Assembly (NCBI RefSeq): GCF_964355755.1
Contig: NC_092676.1
Span: 27,360,871-27,424,870 of the forward strand
DNA length: 64,000 nt
Reading direction: 5' to 3'
DNA from: Antedon mediterranea
Lineage: Eukaryota; Animalia; Echinodermata
Both the position numbers and the translations under genes were made by a program. Shown here piece by piece: positions 61,701 through 64,000 of the stretch (positions within the stretch are counted from its first letter, which is position 1; each line of letters begins with the position of its first letter). The notes beneath the pieces are model-generated. The model had not been told where the DNA came from. It saw nothing but the letters and a program-made list of their open reading frames with translations, and ran no database searches.

Positions 61701-64000
61701 TTAAATAAGTTACCACAGTTGAGCAGTGTTCAATTCTTTACTCAAATAAATAAGTGAGCTAGTTGTAACGGCCTTGTTCCAAATTTAAATATTTCAGAAA
61801 TACGTAAATAGTTTAATATTCAAATCAATATCGCACGTTAATGTAATATTTATACATTGAAAATTGTTATGGCCAACATTTTAATACACGAAAAATAAAT
61901 GATACGTGATTTTGAAATGACTTAAGTATCCTTTCCTAATGTTCATATATTGTACACTAATTATTCTTAGTAGTTCTCGACATTATCGTCAATAATTTAT
62001 AAAATAATGTACGTTTTACCGTGTCCTTGGCGTATTGAATTCCACCAATGAAAAAAATATAAAATATTAACATATTTCCGACCAAGTTTTTATGAATTGC
62101 GTTCCTTAGTGATTTCCATAGCTCTCTGTAGAAATAAAAGCCACATTATTCATTTTCAATATTTTATTCATTATTTTGTTTTTTTAGAATATCATCAGTA
62201 ACAAAATTAAGATTTTTAATGGATAAAATCTTGGAAAATCAAAACGTACGTAGGCCTAAACGTAAACAGTCAGAAATACAAATTTAGAATATACCCCTAG
62301 ATGTTGACACTCGTATCACAATTAATGTTACTTTGGAAAAGTGCCCTCCTTCATATTCTCAGGGTTCGGGTTCGTGTTTTACATTTTTACAACAAATTCA
62401 TTGGTGACGTAATTAGTTCTACCGGTGACGTAGTAGGCCTACCGGTGACTTAATAAGCCTACCGGTGACGTAATACGTTACCTGAAAAATATGTAGGTGA
62501 CAGCGGTAAAGATAAGCGCTATGATTGAGATACTTAGACCGACGTAAGTGATGTAAGACAACAAAGTTTGGTGTTCAGACTCCAGGCTAGATGTCTAAAT
62601 AAGAAGAAAAATTTTACATTGTTTTTGTACCTCAATTATTATTTTATAAATTAGGTTTAAAATCGTAAGAACGTACGCGCAACGTACCGGTAATTGACAA
62701 ATCAGAAGCAAAAGTAGTCCTTCGCATCTGATTGGTTAATTTTCTTGCGGCGCGCTACGTCATTATGTTGCATCGTAATAAGAACCAAAAAATGTTATGT
62801 TGAAAACGTTCAACGAAAAATCGTCAGTCATTTGGTGAAAAATGAGATTTAAATCGGTTAAATGATCGTACACATTTGTTTTGAATTTCAAAAAGAAAAT
62901 GTGACTGAGTACACATTTCCTATACATAACAATAGATAAATACACTACACCTATAACCACCTTTTCCCGCAACTTTCCGCCCTACACTTTTCTCACCTGC
63001 GTACTAACACGCATCAGGACGCCAAAGCTCGTCAGGTGGTTACAAGTACAACGAACCAAGCTATCAAAAACGTTCGAATCCGTGTGACATCCGTCAAACG
63101 ACCAAACGCTGAAGATGTGGAAAATTACATAGGAAATGAGTTACTTATAATGATGTGAGATTTGTATTGTCGTTTACCTTGAGCGTGTACGAGGAAATGA
63201 AAAGATGTAAAACAAATATCGTAGATGTCCGTCGTATTAAATGCACCTGAGTTAATTTACTGGGAGATGAAATGAGTTAGACCGTGTATCCGACGATTAA
63301 ATCGCTATTCAAATTTGTTAATACACGCTGTAAATGTGAACGGGAGTTTACACAAGTTATTTCGCACGGCAAAAAATGATGTAGGCCTACCCGAGATAAA
63401 CGGGTTTTATGATATATTAAGATTCAAATTAAAAATTCAGCGCCCTGGTGGTCAGGTTTTGCAAGCGATCACACTGGTAAATAAATCATTAATTATATCT
63501 ACAATTAGTCGGGTCTTGAACCAATTAAATAATTTAAACAATAACGATATGATATTACCTGGTGTTATATTCAGGATCTAGAAATGCACAATGTAACGAT
63601 GCCCCCTCTGTTTCAGAAATATTAGCCTGTTGAATTGATACAAACTTATTATTAAAGTTATAAGCCATACAGATATTTATTGACTGTTGTTTGATTTTGA
63701 AAACATACGGTACATAAGATGTGGTATTAGTATGGTACCAGGGATAGCCCTATAAATCCCCAAAAGAGGATTTGTCCCCAATTGTGGCTGTACAACCTAC
63801 GCCCTTAACTAATTCTCATCCTTTTCTTCTGAAAAGGTTCTCTCCTGGGCACCGCTTCCCTCACATCACCTTGCGTTGTCTTTTATTTTAACATGAACCA
63901 ACCTTAGTAATCAATATGTTGTATGTAACGTTCGCCTTTACTCTTGTCTCGTCGATAGCGAACACACTTATTGACAGGTAATCTGTTACCATCTCGTATC
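58792..64000 (-). CDS. Adhesion GPCR (GAIN/GPS + 7TM), 5'-partial
   Basis: Exons 64000-63903, 63626-63559, 63108-62997 (WSFDGC...CTCNHL|TSFGVLM GPS), 62594-62482, 62125-62020, 61469-61243, 60762-60702, 60306-60203, 59623-59455 (LLPLLG, NSLQGVFIF), 59237-~59155, last exon from 58944. Frame of the last exon is ambiguous (stop at 58792 or 58743). Confidence 0.88.
59810..60018 (+). mobile_element. 3' tail remnant of an L2/CR1-group LINE
   Basis: AATAAA followed by (TTGAAC)3 tandem tail, preceded by stem-loop-like sequence. Confidence 0.5.
60537..60680. mobile_element. ~140-bp MITE family (copies at ~37965-38110, ~52360-52478, ~53030-53160)
   Basis: TIR AAGCTCTGTCTGCACTA...TAGTGCAGACAGAGCTT with shared core TGATGTGCCCA...GATATGACATCATCATGTCC in several introns and UTRs. 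Confidence 0.8.
62403..62481 (-). repeat. ~20-bp repeat x4 starting at an adhesion-GPCR splice donor
   Basis: Minus strand reads AG|GTAACGTATTACGTCACC GGTAGGCTTATTAAGTCACC GGTAGGCCTACTACGTCACC GGTAGAACTAATTACGTCACC. Confidence 0.75.

Overview
AT-rich, intron-containing animal genomic DNA. Gene content and repeats suggest a marine invertebrate deuterostome, possibly an echinoderm (inference only). Left half (1-31 kb): a tandem array of ~6.2-kb units, each with a minus-strand, single-coding-exon TRIM gene (RING/B-box/coiled-coil/NHL). Copy A is a 986-aa in-frame fusion of two paralogs, B is intact, C has a nonsense codon right after the RING, D is diverged, and the upstream region of a fifth copy sits at the left edge. 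The NHL propellers differ at the same short loop positions while the scaffold is nearly invariant. Spacers carry a perfect NF-kB-type site, a fold-back element, P-like MITEs, a young CR1-group LINE and an (AT)n-centred palindrome. Right half: a p24/TMED gene (+), an intact GULO (-), CYB5R4 (+) with a degenerate Academ transposon in intron 1, and the 3' part of an adhesion GPCR (-). Tandem repeats anchored on splice junctions recur: 18 copies of a TMED donor and 3 copies of a CYB5R4 acceptor. Exon structures were read by eye; no database searches were run.
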